Below, piece by piece: positions 37,060 to 52,822 of a DNA stretch of 64,000 nucleotides (positions are counted from its first letter, which is position 1; each line of letters begins with the position of its first letter). The stretch is from the human T2T-CHM13v2.0 reference genome, Homo sapiens. The stretch lies in NCBI RefSeq assembly GCF_009914755.1, contig NC_060942.1. One strand, 5' to 3'. Both the position numbers and the translations under genes were made by a program. The notes beneath the pieces are model-generated. The model was not told the origin of the DNA. It ran no database searches and saw only the letters and a list, made by a program, of their open reading frames with translations.

Positions 37060-40000
37060 AACTAAATGTATTTTATAGTTCATTTATTTTAGTTTACATG
37101 AAGTCTACTTATATTAGCATACAAATATTCATAGTTATGTAACAACCACCCCACTCAAGACACAGAACTCTCTTATCATCCTCAGTGATTCTTATGTGCC
37201 GCCCCATTTTAGTCAACCTGTCCCTCATCCTTAGCACCTGGAAACCACAGGTCTATTTTCTGTTCTTATAATTTTGCCTTTTCCGAAATATCATATAAAA
37301 GGATTTTTTTTTACGTAGGCTCCTTTCACTTGGATGAATGCTTTTGAAACCCATGTTGTTGCTTGTATCAGTAGTTTCTTCATTTTAATAGCGGAGTTGT
37401 AGTTCTTTGCATGGATGTACTATATTTTGTTTATCTATTTACCTATTGAAGGACATTTACGTTGTTTCTACATTGTGGTGGTTAGGAATAAAGCTGCTAG
37501 AAATATTTGTTTACAATTTTTTTGAGATGGTCTTGCTCTGCTGCCCAGGCTGGAGTGCAGTGGCATAATCATATCTCACTGCTAGAAATATTTGTTTACA
37601 ATTTTTTTGAGATGGTCTTGCTCTGCTGCCCAGGCTGGAGTGCAGTGGCATAATCATATCTCACTACAGCCTTGACCTCCTGAGCTCAAGCCATCCTCAC
37701 AGCTCTGCCTCCTGAGTAGCTGCGACTACAGGTGGACGCCACCACACTTGGTGTTTTTTTGGTGAAGATAGGGTCTCACTATTTTGTCCAGACTGATCTC
37801 AAACTCCTGGCCACATATGATATGATTTTGCCTATGGATCTAGTGGCTCCGGCACTATTTCACTACTTCAGTTATTTGTTGAAGAAACTGCTTTCTCCAT
37901 TGAACTACCTTTGTATGTTTGTGAACATATATAAGTGTATTTGTTTACAGATTCTCTACTGTGATCCTCTATTCTAATTTTGTCTAAAATCACACACTCT
38001 TGATTACTGTAGCTTTATAAGAAGCCTTGAAATCAGATAGTGTAAGCCTTCTTCAACTTTATTCTTTTTCAAAACTGTTTTTTCATTCCTTTGCCTTTCC
38101 ATATCAATTTTCTATAAAATGTCTTGCCATGATTTTGATTGAAATTGCATCGAAATGATAGTGTAAGGAGAATTGACCTCTTAACAAGACTGAGTTTTTC
38201 TTTCTTTTTTCTTTTCTTTCTTTTTTTTTTTTTGAGACACAGTCTTGTTCTTTTGCCCAGGCTGGAGGGCAATGACACAATCTCGGCTCACTACAACCTC
38301 CACCTCCTGGGTTCAAGCGATTCTCCTGCCTCAGCCTCCTGAGTAGCTGGGATTACAGGCACATGCCACCACATCCAGCTAATTTTTGTATTTTTGTTTT
38401 TTTCTTTATTGTATTTCTATTTTCAATTTTGTAAGTGCTCTTTTTGTATTTTAGTAGAGATGGGGTTTCACCATGTTGGCCAGGCTGGTCTCAAACTCCT
38501 GACTTCAGGTAATACACCCACCTTGGCTTCCCAAAGTGCTGGGATTACAGACGTGAGCCACTGTGGCTGGCCAAACTGAGTTTTTCAATCTATAAACATG
38601 CTATATATCTCCACTTATTTAGGTTTGCTTTAATTTTTCTTCACTTTTTTGTTTTCAGCATACAGAACTAGCATATATATTGGTGTGTGTGTGTATATAT
38701 ATATATATGTCTAAAAGTTAAAGATTTCTATTTAAAATCTTGATTTTCATATATTCATTGCTTATAGAAATTCAACTGATTTTTGTATCATGCCCTTGCA
38801 TTCTACAACCTTGTTAAACTCAATTATTCTAGATTTTAAAAATTTTATTGCAATTTTCTATGTAGACAGTCATGTTATCTAAGGATAGATAGTTTTATTT
38901 CTTCCTTGTCAATTTTATGCCTTTTATTTTTTCTTGCCTTATGGCATTGGCTAAGACTTCCAGTACAATGGTTAACATAGGTGATGTATACACTCCTACC
39001 TGTTTCCTGGCCTGATAAGAAAGAATTCAGTCATCAAGTATGCTGTTAGCTATAGGTTTTTTATAGCAGCCCTTTTTCAGTTTACCAATGTCCCCTTTTT
39101 GTTACAATCAGATATTGAAGTTTTTCAAATGCTCTTTTTGAATCTGCTGAGATGATCATTCATCTACTGATATGGTGAATTACATAGATACATTTTCAAT
39201 AATGAACTAGATTTGCATTCCCAGATTAAATCCCAACTAATCGCTACTTAAAACCTTTTCTTGTTATACTGCTGGATTTGATATGGTAATATTTCATTTA
39301 GGATTTTTGCAGCTATGTTCATGAGAGATATTAAGTTTCTTTACTTGTAATTTCTTTTCCTGGTTTTGGTATCAGAGTAATACTGCCTTCATAAACTGCA
39401 TCAGACAGAGTTATTTTCCTTTATATTTTTTAGACAGTTTATGTAGAGTTGGTATTATTTATTTTTAAAAGGTTTTATAGAATTTGCCAGTGAAGCCAAT
39501 TGGATCTGGAGTCTTTATTGTTTTTTAGTGGAGAAGGATTTTAAATGTAAATTTAATTTTCTTAACATATATAGGACTATTTAGGTTTAGCTATTTCTTC
39601 AATAAAATTTGGTAGTTTGTGCCTTTTAAAAAATGTGTCCAATTCATCTACATTGTCTAATTAATAGGCATATAATTATTTGTAATATTCTTGCAATATC
39701 CTTGTAGTACTTGTAGGTTCTTCAGTGACCCTGATATTGGTAATTTTTGTCTTCTCTTTTTTGTCAGTATGACTAGAGGCTTATTGATTGATATTTTAAA
39801 AGAATGAGTTTTTTATTTTTCTTTATTGTATTTCTATTTTCAATTTTATTATTATTCCCTTTCTTCTGCTTGTTTTGTATTTTATTTGCTCTTCTCTTTC
39901 AAGTTTATTAAGGTGGTTTATCACTAATTTTGAGACCTTTTCTAATCAATGTCTTTCTAAGCACCATTTTAGCTGCATCCCACAAATTTTGAACTCTTCA

Positions 40001-40290
40001 CTTCCATTTAGTTCAAAATATTTACCAATTGACATCTACTTCTGCTTGGATTCATGGGTTATTTAGAAGTATGCTGTTTAAATCTCAAATATCAAGTAGT
40101 TTTTCAGACATCTGTAATTTTTAGTTTAACTATTTTATGTTTAGAGAAAACATTTTGTATAGTTTCAATTTTTAATAATTTGTTAAGGTGTGTTTTATGG
40201 CTTAAAATGCGATGTATCTTTATCAATGCTCTATGTGTACTTGAAAATAATGTGTATTCTGTTCTTTGTTGGGTGGGGATATTCTAATAG
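37060..40290 (-). mobile_element. Old L1M remnant with Alu insertions (about 37510-37815 and 38195-38572)
   Basis: T-rich antisense L1 ORF2/3'UTR-like sequence; recognisable Alus. Confidence 0.7.
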
Positions 40291-40295
40291 ATATA

Positions 40296-40327
<32 letters not shown>

Positions 40328-41396
40328 ATATATGATACAATGATACATAACGACCTATAGATCAAGTTAATAGCATTGTTTAAGTCATAGTTTTAAACTG
40401 AATTTTCTGGAGCCCTGAAGTCCAATCTCTGGGTTGGAAGAGGATCTTTAAGTTTGAATACAGAATCCAATCAAAATAGATCTGTTTTTGTTGCTTGTCA
40501 AGTCTATCTATAAACACTGCCTTGAAGCCTGCAGTCTGCACACACCAGATTGTTTACTAGCTCCGGGTTCTAATGTTCTGGGACCTAGAGATATTGTGTT
40601 AGTCTATAATAGTTTCATGCATGAGCCAATTCTTTTCTGAATTCGATTTTAATATCCCTGAGTATTTCCTAAAGGAAAGGAGGTTTTCTGGACTGTTATA
40701 CTGGCTAGGCAGAAACAAAGAAATTAGGGTGCTTAGGCCACCACATGTTGTGTCTGTAGTGCTATGCAAGACCTGCCAACATTCTACCGCGGGCGGCATT
40801 CCTTTGGTCTCCTCCACAACCACAGTCCTTCCAGTCTTTCATCCTTCCTCCAGTTTCCTGGTGTGTAGGGCCAGTTCTGCCAAGCAGCTCCCAGGGGTGA
40901 ACTGATAACGAAATGCAGTCTTAGAAGGCTGAGAGACAGAGGCTTGAGAGAAGCCCACAGCTCCATCACATTCCACAAACCACTCTTCAGAGGAGCAGAG
41001 CGAGTTTCGGATCACAAAGCTGGGTAACGGCCAGTTCAGAGCCCAGATCTTCTGCCTCCCAGCCCTGTGTCCCTCTTGGGACATACACACCCCTTCACAA
41101 GGGGACTGACCTTCTGGGTGACTTGCAGACTAATGGGCCTTCAAGACCCCAAGTGACAATTTTCCAGAGACATAATTTATGTATTAAAGCTGGCTAGTGG
41201 GGGATGTTTCTTGAAGGTAGGGTAGGTGGTTAACAGGTTTTCTTTATATTTAATCACCTAACAAATCTTATACCAGAGCACACTCCCCTTATAAAGGGAG
41301 GGCTGATCGCGGTCTAGGTGGGTGGGCTAGGCCTGGGGGCGGGTAAAGCCGGAAAAATCTCAGGGTCTTGCACGCTCCCCCAACTCCTGCGTTTAC

Positions 41397-41680
41397 CAGG
41401 ATCACCACGTTTAGAGTGGAGCCCTTTATCTTCCGCAGCAAGGGGTCAAACGGCTGGCCTTATGCGTATTTTTGTCTTTCCTGGGTGCGCCCGGAGCTAA
41501 GAAGGGAAACCGTGGCGGTTAGAGACCAGAAGTAGGCTCTGTCACTATGGAAACCGAGGACGCTGGGGCTCGTGCCCTCCTATTGGGGCTGAGTTGCTGA
41601 GTCTGCGCAGTTTTCATCTCATGTCGGTCACGCCCCCAGCTGCGCTGCACGCTGGCTCTCGGGTTCAGCCCGAAAAGTGG
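41397..41680 (-). pseudogene. CFAP53 exon-1 relic (41397-41469) with promoter copy
   Basis: 47/63 nt ungapped identity to 78-140. Reads GQPFDPLLRKIKGSTLNVVIL|GTAAAC; no ATG; X-box GTCACTATGGAAAC at 41541-41554. Confidence 0.8.
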
Positions 41681-42425
41681 AGACTGAGGAAATAGGTGGT
41701 GGTGAATACAACATTCTTTCTCATGAGACACTCACCGTGTGGTTGGAGAAATTACGTAAAAAAAAACAATTTCAGTTTTTAAAAAGTGCCATTAATAACA
41801 GAGGAGTGCAAATCGAGACAGCACCTTCTGAAGGATAAATAATTTACCAGTGTAATGTGTAGGAATAACGGATGCTGTGGGGCACCCGGTTCTACTTCCA
41901 GACTCAAGAATGTGTTCCTCCAGTTGCAGGGTGTGTTGCTAGCAGAAAGCGTTGCTAGCAGAAAGCCTTCAATTGTAAGTCCTCTTCTGAGTTGCCTAAG
42001 CCAAAGAGAGTTACACACTGAAGGTCACGCCCGTTTCCTGGACAGTTCACATCCAATGACGCATCAGTGACATGGAGTATAAAGCCTTTCCTGATTGCCT
42101 CAATCCTGGGCAATTCTTGCAGGTTGTCCCAGCTTCAGAGCTCCATGTGCTGGGCGGTGGATTTCAACATCTCATGTTGAACGGCTATGGCAGTTCAACA
42201 TCTCACTCTGCCCAATTCTGCTTTCTTCCACTCTGTACGTTTTTCTATTAGTGGTGATTTCATGAACAAAAATGAGAAATTTTCTACTGTGAAGCAGCTA
42301 TTTTTATTTTCATTAATCTCTTCTTTAAACAGAAAACAGTACCTTTGGTCAGTTTTAAGCCCTTGGAAAAAAAATTTTTTTTCACTCTCTGGTTACTAAG
42401 GAAAAGTCTGCATTTCAATCATTGC

Positions 42426-42922
42426 ATGTGACAGACTGCCACGGTTACTACTTGAGACCGTCAGTGGGGCAGTTACTACTGTCACTACTTGAGACCATCA
42501 TTACAAGAGTGAATGAAGGGACGAACATAGAAATGAAAACTTAAGACAACAGAAACTGTTTTAAAGGAAGGGGCCAGAGGAAGAAGAAGAGAGCTCCCTG
42601 CTTCTAGTGAGCAAAGGCAGCCCCTGAGCTTCTACAGCCCTTCGTATTTATTGGGTAGAAAAAGCAAGGAAGAGGAGGTAACGATTGGTCAGCTGCTTAA
42701 CTGATCACAGGTTCATATTATTACTAACAGGCTTCAGATGTACCTAATCACAGGAAACACTGCGCTTGGGGTGTGACTGCCCTCAGCATTCCTTCTGGGT
42801 GGCAGACGCAGTTTGACAGTTTGCCAACATTCTGCATTTATGAGAACAGTTTGCTGTTTACTCATATAGCCTCCAGTGGTATACTGAGTTGATCACGACC
42901 CTCACTCTTTTGGCCTGCAATA
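42426..42922 (-). mobile_element. Solo LTR (LTR18-like)
   Basis: Reverse complement TTGCAGGCCAAAAGAGTGAGGGTCGTGATCAACTCAGTATACC...CCCAATAAATACGAAGGG. Confidence 0.65.
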
Positions 42923-43199
42923 ATTGTACCCCTATATGTGTTGTTTTCCTTCAGCTGCTTTCAGTAATTTTCCTTTACGTTTGGTTTCGGTGGTTTAATT
43001 ACAACATGTTTGGGTATGGTTTTCTTTTTTTAGTCTATTTTTGAGCCCGTTTGGGGTTCATTGAGCTTCTTGAATATGTAAATTTATGTATTTCACTAAA
43101 TTTGAGATGTTCTAGCCAATTTTTCCAAATATATTTTTTTGCGCACTAATCTCATTTTCTTCTTCTGAGACTCCAATTATATAGAAGTTAATTTTTTCA

Positions 43200-43640
<441 letters not shown>

Positions 43641-43848
43641 TGACTTTTTCTAGGTTCAAGTGATCCTCCTACCTCAACCTTCCAAGTAGTTAGGACTATA
43701 GGCATTCCACTGTGCCTGGCTTCATTGCTTTTCAGTCTTATTTTTCTCTATTTTTCAGATTGTATAATTTGTGTTGACCTATTTTTAAATTCCCCAACTT
43801 CTTCCTCTGTCATCTCCATTCCGCTATTGAGCTAACACGGTGACTCAG

Positions 43849-44201
43849 TGTTTTAGTCCATATTCACGTTGCTGATAAAGACATACCCGAGACTGGGAAG
43901 AAAAAGAGGTTTAATTGGACTTACATTTCCACACAGCTTGGGGGGCCTCAGAATCATGGTGGGAGGCAAAAGGCATTTCTTACATGGCGGCAGCAGGAGA
44001 AAATGAAGAAGCAGCAAAAGCGGAACCGCCTGATAAACCCATGAGATCTCTTGAGACTTATTCACTATCACGAGAATAGCATGGGAAAGACCGCCCCCAT
44101 GATTCAATTACCTCCCATTGGGTCCCTCCCACAACACGTAGGAATTCTGGGAGATACAATTCTAGTTGAGATTTGGGTGGGAACAAACCCAAACCATGTC
44201 A
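43849..44201 (-). mobile_element. THE1 (MaLR) solo LTR
   Basis: GCTGATAAAGACATACCCGAGACTGGG...GAGATTTGGGTGGGAACAAACCCAAACCATGTCA; 5-bp TSD CTCAG on both sides. Confidence 0.9.
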
Positions 44202-44396
44202 CTCAGTTTTATGTTAATTACGTTTTTGTATTTTTCAATTCTGAAGTTTCTATTTGGGCCTTTTTCATCTCTGGAGAATTTCTGATTTTCCATTCATTTC
44301 AAGGGCATTCACCTTTACCTTGTGGAAGATGATTACATGGCTGCTTTAAAGTCTTGTATGACAATTCCAGTGCTTGATTTTTTTGTGGTTGGCCTA

Positions 44397-44861
<465 letters not shown>

Positions 44862-45448
44862 TTATTAGGCAAACAGAAGAAAGGTTATATTATTCATGTT
44901 CAGTTTAAGCAGTTTAGACTCAGGAGCCTAAGTCCTTTGCCAGGCTGTACAGCCAGTAGTAATAAATTCGATATTAATAATAAATCTTCCTACTCTGAGT
45001 GCTGTAATTAGCCTTGGGCTGAAGTTAGGGCATAGGCTCAGGGAAACTCAGGACGGGAGAAACTAGATGAAAAAGCTAACGGAGCAGCCATAGCATTGAC
45101 TGGGCATGGTGAAGACCAGGGTTCTGAAAGCTGAGGATCACAGTGGACCTGGATCAGGACATAGATTTAAAAATGCAATTAAGCTCCAAGGTTTAGAATT
45201 CCAGGCATGGGAACAGGCAATGCAGAACAAGGAACTAAGAATCAGCTCAAGTGGGGACCACAGCGGCAGGAGAGGAGAACACAGATCTACCAAAGACCTC
45301 TAGGACAGAAACTTTCAAGGTACTTCTTGCCAGGGGTAAGACTGAAGCTAATATCTAGAATTCAATTACAAAATCGCACTTTGGTTCCTCCATGCTAACT
45401 TGAGGTTGAACACAGAACTCTAGAGCACAGACAAAATCAATATCTGCA

Positions 45449-46317
45449 TGTGTTGCGGCTTCCTAAGGCCAGCTCCAGTTTTGATGATTTGCCAGAAGGG
45501 CACACATGACTTAGCACATAGTCATAATCATGGCTAAGATTTGCTGCAATGAAAAGATACAAGGCAAAATGAGCAAAGGTAAAAGGCACATGAGGCAAAG
45601 TCCAAAGGACCACAGGCACAAGTTTCCAAGAGTTCTCTCCCAGTGGAGTTGCACAAGACATACTTCCTCTAGCAATGAGTGTGACAATGTGTGATATGTT
45701 ATCGGGGTGTCATTAGAGACTGTCCCTAAGGCTTTTACTGGGAGCTGGACATATAGGCATTCCCTGCCTACCATGTACCATGATTCCAGATACCCAGATG
45801 GAAAGCAGTTGTTCAGCATAAACCATACTGTCCACACAGTCTAGGCACAGTGAGCCACCCTTATCATTTAGGGAAAGTGTTTTATTTTATTTTACTTTTT
45901 TAGAGGCAGGGTCCTGCTCTGTCACCCAGGCTGGAGTGTAGGGGTTTGATCAGAACTCACTGCAGCATTAAACTCCCAGGCTCAAGCAATCCTCCTGTCT
46001 CAGCCTCATAGTAGCTAGGACTACAGATGTGTGCCACCACACCTGACCAATTTATAAAATATTTTTGTAGAGACGGAGTGTTGCTATATTGCCTAGAACT
46101 TCTGAACTTCTGACGTCAAGCAATCCTCCTGCCTCAGCCTCCCAAGGTTATAGGATTACAGGCATGAACCACTGTGCCCGACCAAGGGAAAGTTTTATAT
46201 CAGTGTAGGTACCTGTTTACCAGTTAAGTTCCCAGATGTCAGCCAAGGGCCAACTTTGCAAGCAGGCCTTTCTAAGAATAGCAGTCTCAGGTCTGCTTTG
46301 CTAGTTCTTTTCTACAC
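45449..46317 (-). mobile_element. MER21/MER77-like LTR containing AluJ (45885-46183)
   Basis: AAGTTTCCAAGAGTTCTCTCCCAGTGGAGTTGCACAAGAC...GCAAGCAGGCCTTTCTAAGAATAGCAGTCTCAGG. Confidence 0.65.
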
Positions 46318-46449
46318 ATTGTATTATATACTGATGCATATTTTTACCAACATATAAGGGTATGACTGATGTGTATCCACTCTTAAGGCTGTTATTTCTG
46401 TAAATTGGCATTTCCAAATTCTTTTTAATATTCTCACGTTAGTATTCTC

Positions 46450-46510
46450 TCAGTTGCTTTATTTTATTCTTACATTTTAGTTTTTCCTCTCTCATTCTGT
46501 CTTCTTGAAA
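46450..46510 (-). pseudogene. Fragmentary CFAP53 exon-3 relic
   Basis: GAAGACAGAATGAGAGAGGAAAAACTAAA encodes roughly EDRMRE-KTK versus CFAP53 KDRMREKTK; the adjacent 46330-46440 aligns to 1490-1600. Confidence 0.5.
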
Positions 46511-49500
46511 CCATCCTCATAATAACATGCCAGGTTTTGGGCTGAAGGGCAGTCAAGCATTAATCAGGCTACACTTTGGCCCACTTCGCTGTAGTTGCTA
46601 ACTAACCGAAAGTCACGTAGGCCAGAACACAGACCATGAACTTCCTCATTGTTCCTATAGATAGCATCTTTAGCATTAGAAGTCTGAAACTTTCCATTCA
46701 AGATGATTTTCAGATTCTGAATTCTTTTTTAAAAATTGTATTATTATTATTTTTAGAGACAAGATGTTGCTCTGTCACTCAGGCTGGAGTACAGTGGCAT
46801 GATCACAGTTCACTGCAGCCTCTAAACTTCTGGGCTCAAGTGATCTTTCCACCTCAGCCTCCCAAGTAGCTGGGACTATAGGTGCTTACCACCGCACCCA
46901 ACTAACTTTATTTTATTTTTGTAGGAACAGAATCTTGTTCTGTTGCCCAGGCTGCTCTTGAACTCTTGGCTTCAAGAGATCCTCTTGCCTTGGCCTCCAA
47001 AAGTGCTGGGATGAATCTCTGTCATGGTGGCATGAGCCACCATGCCTGGCCCAGATCCTGAATTCTAGCAGGACAGCTCATGCCCACCAGTCTGAAGACA
47101 CCAAAAGGAGAACTGACTCAATGCAAGAATGCAATTTCTTTAGTTCCATGACGTCACCCTTCATTCTTCAACCAATCAGTGATCCTTATACCTTGGCCCA
47201 CTAACCATCCAAACCCCTTAAAATCCCTAGATCCTAAACTCCTTGAGGAGGTGGATTTGAGGTTTCCTCCAGTCTCCTTGTTTGGCTGCCTTGTGATTAA
47301 ACCTCTTTCTCTGCTGCAATTCTTTGTGTCTTGGTGTATTTACTTACCACACATTGGACATTTTACCAAGAACTAAAAATAGAACTACCATTTGACCCAG
47401 CAGTCCCACTACTGGGCATCTACTCAAAGGAAAAGAAATCATTCTATCAAAAAGACACCTGTACTCCTATGTTTATTGCAGTACTATTCAAAATAGCAAA
47501 GTCTATTTATGTTATAATCAGATTTGTATTACAACTGTTTTATATTACAATAGCTTTATATTATAAATATAATTATGTAACCTATATATAGTACTCAGTT
47601 ACAATTGTTTGTGTGTGTGTAACTATGTCTGTGTTGTAAAAATTATTCTACCAAAATGGGAATGGTAGGTAGAAAGTATATGCAGATAATTTTGTCTAAC
47701 AATTTTGTCTTTCATTTTTGTCCAACAAATGCACTGTTTACCTTTTGCCACCGTACTCTCTGCCTCAGAGGGCTGACCTTTGTGGACTGTTTCATGAGTA
47801 GCCTTTGACTTTTGGCTTACAGCTGGTTTAATCACTGGGGAGGATCACCAGGAGACCTAGAGACTGGGAGGTGAATGAGGGAGGGTGGTTGCTGTCCTGG
47901 GAAGTGAACGAGGGAGGGTGCTTACTGTCCCAGATCTTTCCCTGTCGATTCTCTATGGGTTACCAAGTACCCTAGCAAATTTCACAGCTCCTCTCAGATG
48001 GCCCTCTCCCATACAGCTGTTCTCAATAGGTTTCCATAAACATTGCCTTCCAGGCTAGATGTAGTAATAGTTCCCTGGTGTTGCAAACTGTAGGGAACCT
48101 ACTATTGCTTATTGCTTTCCCTAAATACTATCTGCACATTTTGCTGGAATTCTGACTGAGATATGTACTCCTTTTTCTTCAAATAGATTAACTCATGCTT
48201 TCAAGTCTTATAAATCTCTTATTACTAAATATTGGAGAAATTTCCTACCATAAAGCTCCTACATTGATTCACCTATATTGTTTAAATAAGAGGCCAATGC
48301 TCTAATTTCCAATTACCTCTGAGCCTCTCTGGCATCCAGCTCACATTATAGGTAGTCAGAATTTAAGATATCTTTCATTCATTGTTTGGGTTGGACATTT
48401 CATCTTCCCATAAGTAGAAACATTTCAACAAAAATGTGAAGTGTTGTGATATTTGCATCCTAACTTCAAATGGTTGAGAACAAAATTTTCAAAGAAAATG
48501 AGAATACAAAAATAAAAAAGTGATTAATCCATACATAGATAGAGATAAACAAATGAGGAAAATATTAGTTGGTAAATCTTGGTGTTCTATGTAGTAGCAG
48601 TATTCCATTTTTCTGCAAGTTTGAAGTCTTTCAAGTAAAATATTGAGCAGAAATATTGCTGTGAAGAAATTTTTGACTAGCCTGATTTTTCTATTGTGCA
48701 TGATATTTTTTCTTTCTTGCTTTAAAGCTTGCACAAATATCTTTTTATTCTTGAAGTTCATTATGTCAATTAAATTGTGTTTCTGTGTTAAGAATCTTAC
48801 GTTAAAATTTCTCAGAGCATGGCATTTTTTTTCCAGATGGTGGACAAGTGTGGTGCAGCTGTGTATTTACCTAATCTTTTTTCAAAGTCAGAATTATTAA
48901 AGATCTAGAATGAACAGAAAAGATTCAAATTAAGAGTGACTATTTGAGAGTCATTAAAAGTCTGTGAAACGAGGGGATGTCTGGGAGTGCAGCTGGGCGG
49001 CAGCATCATGACGTCACAGATGAAACACAAGCACTGGAGCCAGGGAAACTGACTCCTCCATTCAAATTCTGACTTTACCATTTGTCAGATGTGGAACCTT
49101 GGTCTGATAATGCAACATTTCTGAACCTCAGTTTCCCCATCTGTAATATGGGGTGAATCTCTGTCTTATAAGATTGATGACAGAATTAGAGACAAGGAAT
49201 GTAGACACTTAGTCTGCAATAAGTAGACTTATTCAGTGGAGCTCAATAAGTAATTGGTCATTATTTTTCGTACATTAAGGGCTAGGTTACTGAAACCTTA
49301 CAAATGCTTTCAGAAATTGGCAGGAGGAAACCACACATGTGTACTCAAGCAAGGACACCACACGGAGATACTGTGTTAAGCAGTTAGGCAAGAATAGAGT
49401 CAACTAATCATAGCAAGCCTTCACTCCTCCCCCTATATTACCTGAATGGAAGGAACACTAGAGAAACACAAATTTTTGCTGCAGCATTGCCTTTTCACAC

Positions 49501-49915
49501 TTAGGTATATGTCATTATTCTAGAAGAACATGTACCAACAACATTTGCTTGTTCATTTAAGGCAGTTTTTGCTGCACCTTGTGAAATATCTGTTCCCACA
49601 GGTGGCTTTATTTCTTCACAAGTTTATTCGTTTCACTGTTGTAGTCTCAATATTAAAATTGTGTGGTACATTGAAATTGTCAAAAGACAGAAGTTAAGTT
49701 CTCTGCCTCATTGGTATGAGCCCATTTAATAAGTTTCCTGCAGAGTTTCTGAGATAATTGCCTTCTTTCTCTTTAGCTGGGTCTGATTATATAACAAGAA
49801 TAGATCCTATAATGAGAGACTTTATGCAAACATTAGACATCATAATTCCTTTCAAGCAATTAATTACCCTCAAGATTAAGTAAATTGATGCAACACTTGA
49901 TAAATGTTTCAATTA

Positions 49916-50337
<422 letters not shown>

Positions 50338-51326
50338 CTGTATGTATCAAAACAGTGTGGTAATGGCATCAGGCTGGACATATAGATTAATGGAATAAAT
50401 TGAGAGTCCAGAAATAAACCCATACATCTACGGTCAATTGATTTTTGACAACAGTGCTAAAATCACTGGAAATCTGAAGTTTCATCTGGGAAGACAAATT
50501 GCTGGGCATGACTCCTATGGCTTAGGCCTGAATCACCTAGTTGCTTCTCCACTTATGTCTGGTCCCTGTGCTATAATGACCAGTAAAGTGTGTGCTTTAA
50601 TGACACAGTAAAGTGTGTGCTGTCAATGACAAGAGTTACATATGGCCTCTCAATGTAGATTGGACTTCATCACAGCATAGTGACTTTGGAGTAGTCATAG
50701 TTTTATATGGCGGCTTAGGGCTACTGTGTGTATGTGTGAGCAAGTCAAAAGCTGTATAGTCTCTTATGAGCTAGCATTGGAAGTCACATAGCATCACTTC
50801 TACTATACTCAGTGGTCAAAGCAGTCAGAAACTCACGAACATTCAAGGTGAAGAGAAACAGACCAACCTCTTGATGGGAAGGGATTCGAAGAGTTTGAGG
50901 CCATTTTTTAAAACTACCACAATGAAATTTTCAGCCATCACTTTGCAAGCAGAAAGAAATAGAAATTATCCACTTAAAACGTTAAGAATTCTGAGATTTC
51001 TGAAGGCAAGGAAAAGGAAAAATATCTATTGTACAAAAAGGACATATTACAGAATGAAATTGCCATGCTAAGAGTGGAACTGAACAAAATAAAAGAATCA
51101 AGATCATGAGATCTCAGAAGGGCCAGGTGAAAAAATTATGAAAATTATAAATCAAGATCAGAGAAAATATATTGAGGATATTAACATTTTAACATAAAAG
51201 AATTTTGATATTCAAAAGATAATAAAACTGGGCAAAGAAATATTAGCCAAAACAATATTCAGTATAATGGACTACTTTATGCAGTAATACCTGAGAAAGC
51301 AGCATTGAACTCAAATTAATAAATGA

Positions 51327-51976
<650 letters not shown>

Positions 51977-52726
51977 TTGAATCATCAGGTTCCAATATTT
52001 TCATTCGTCTGAACTAAAATATAACCATGATGTGCCTTCTCAATAATGTTGAAAACTAAATGTTAAAGTAGTAACCTACACAATGAGCTTTATCGCACTA
52101 AAGTTACCCTCTGAACCAAAAGATATTGGTTAGACCTCCTATCACAGAATGTAAAAAGAAGGAAAGTGAATACATGTGACAACATGAACGCACAAAATGA
52201 ATATATTATACGATAAAAAACCTTAAAGAAATGATCACTGAAACTACAAAGTAAAAATATATTGTTTTCAAACAATGGGGTAATATGCACAAAAAGATTA
52301 TGAAATAGAAAAACACAATGACTAATATAAAAGATAAATTGTGTAAGTATGCACAACAAATCAAGCTGAGAGTGAAAAACAAACACATGCTGGAAGAAAG
52401 AAATAACTAGTTATTCAAAGAATATCATCACTTGAAAGAAAAAAATAGGTATGAAGTTGGCAAAGCAGAGAGAGGGATTATAGTGTGACAACTTTGATAA
52501 GATCTTGCTGATACTATAAAAAAAATCTGCATTGGAGGCCTTCCTGAAGGTCACATACCTTTATCACATTTATTCAGAAAAAAAAGGCTAAAGATATAAA
52601 GGAGATAATAGGTCAAATCATATGCCAGTTGGAAGTAGTGCAAGATGGACAAACACCGGTGATGTGGTATGCTGAGAAGGCACAGTAGCAGCAGATGCAG
52701 AAGTCTGAAATAGAAAATGCCAGGTT

Positions 52727-52822
52727 TTCTATGGCATACCAACCTGAGTGTGCCCAGTCTCATCCAATCTCAGAACGTAAGCAGGATTGGGCCTGGTTAG
52801 AACTTGGATGGGAAAATGCCAG
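52727..52822 (+). pseudogene. 5S rRNA pseudogene, 3'-truncated
   Basis: TCTATGGCATACCAACCTGAGTGTGCCCAGTCTCATCCAATCTCAGAACGTAAGCAGGATTGGGCCTGGTTAGAACTTGGATGGGA aligns to the first ~85 nt of 5S rRNA; flanked by GAAAATGCCAG repeats. Confidence 0.9.
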
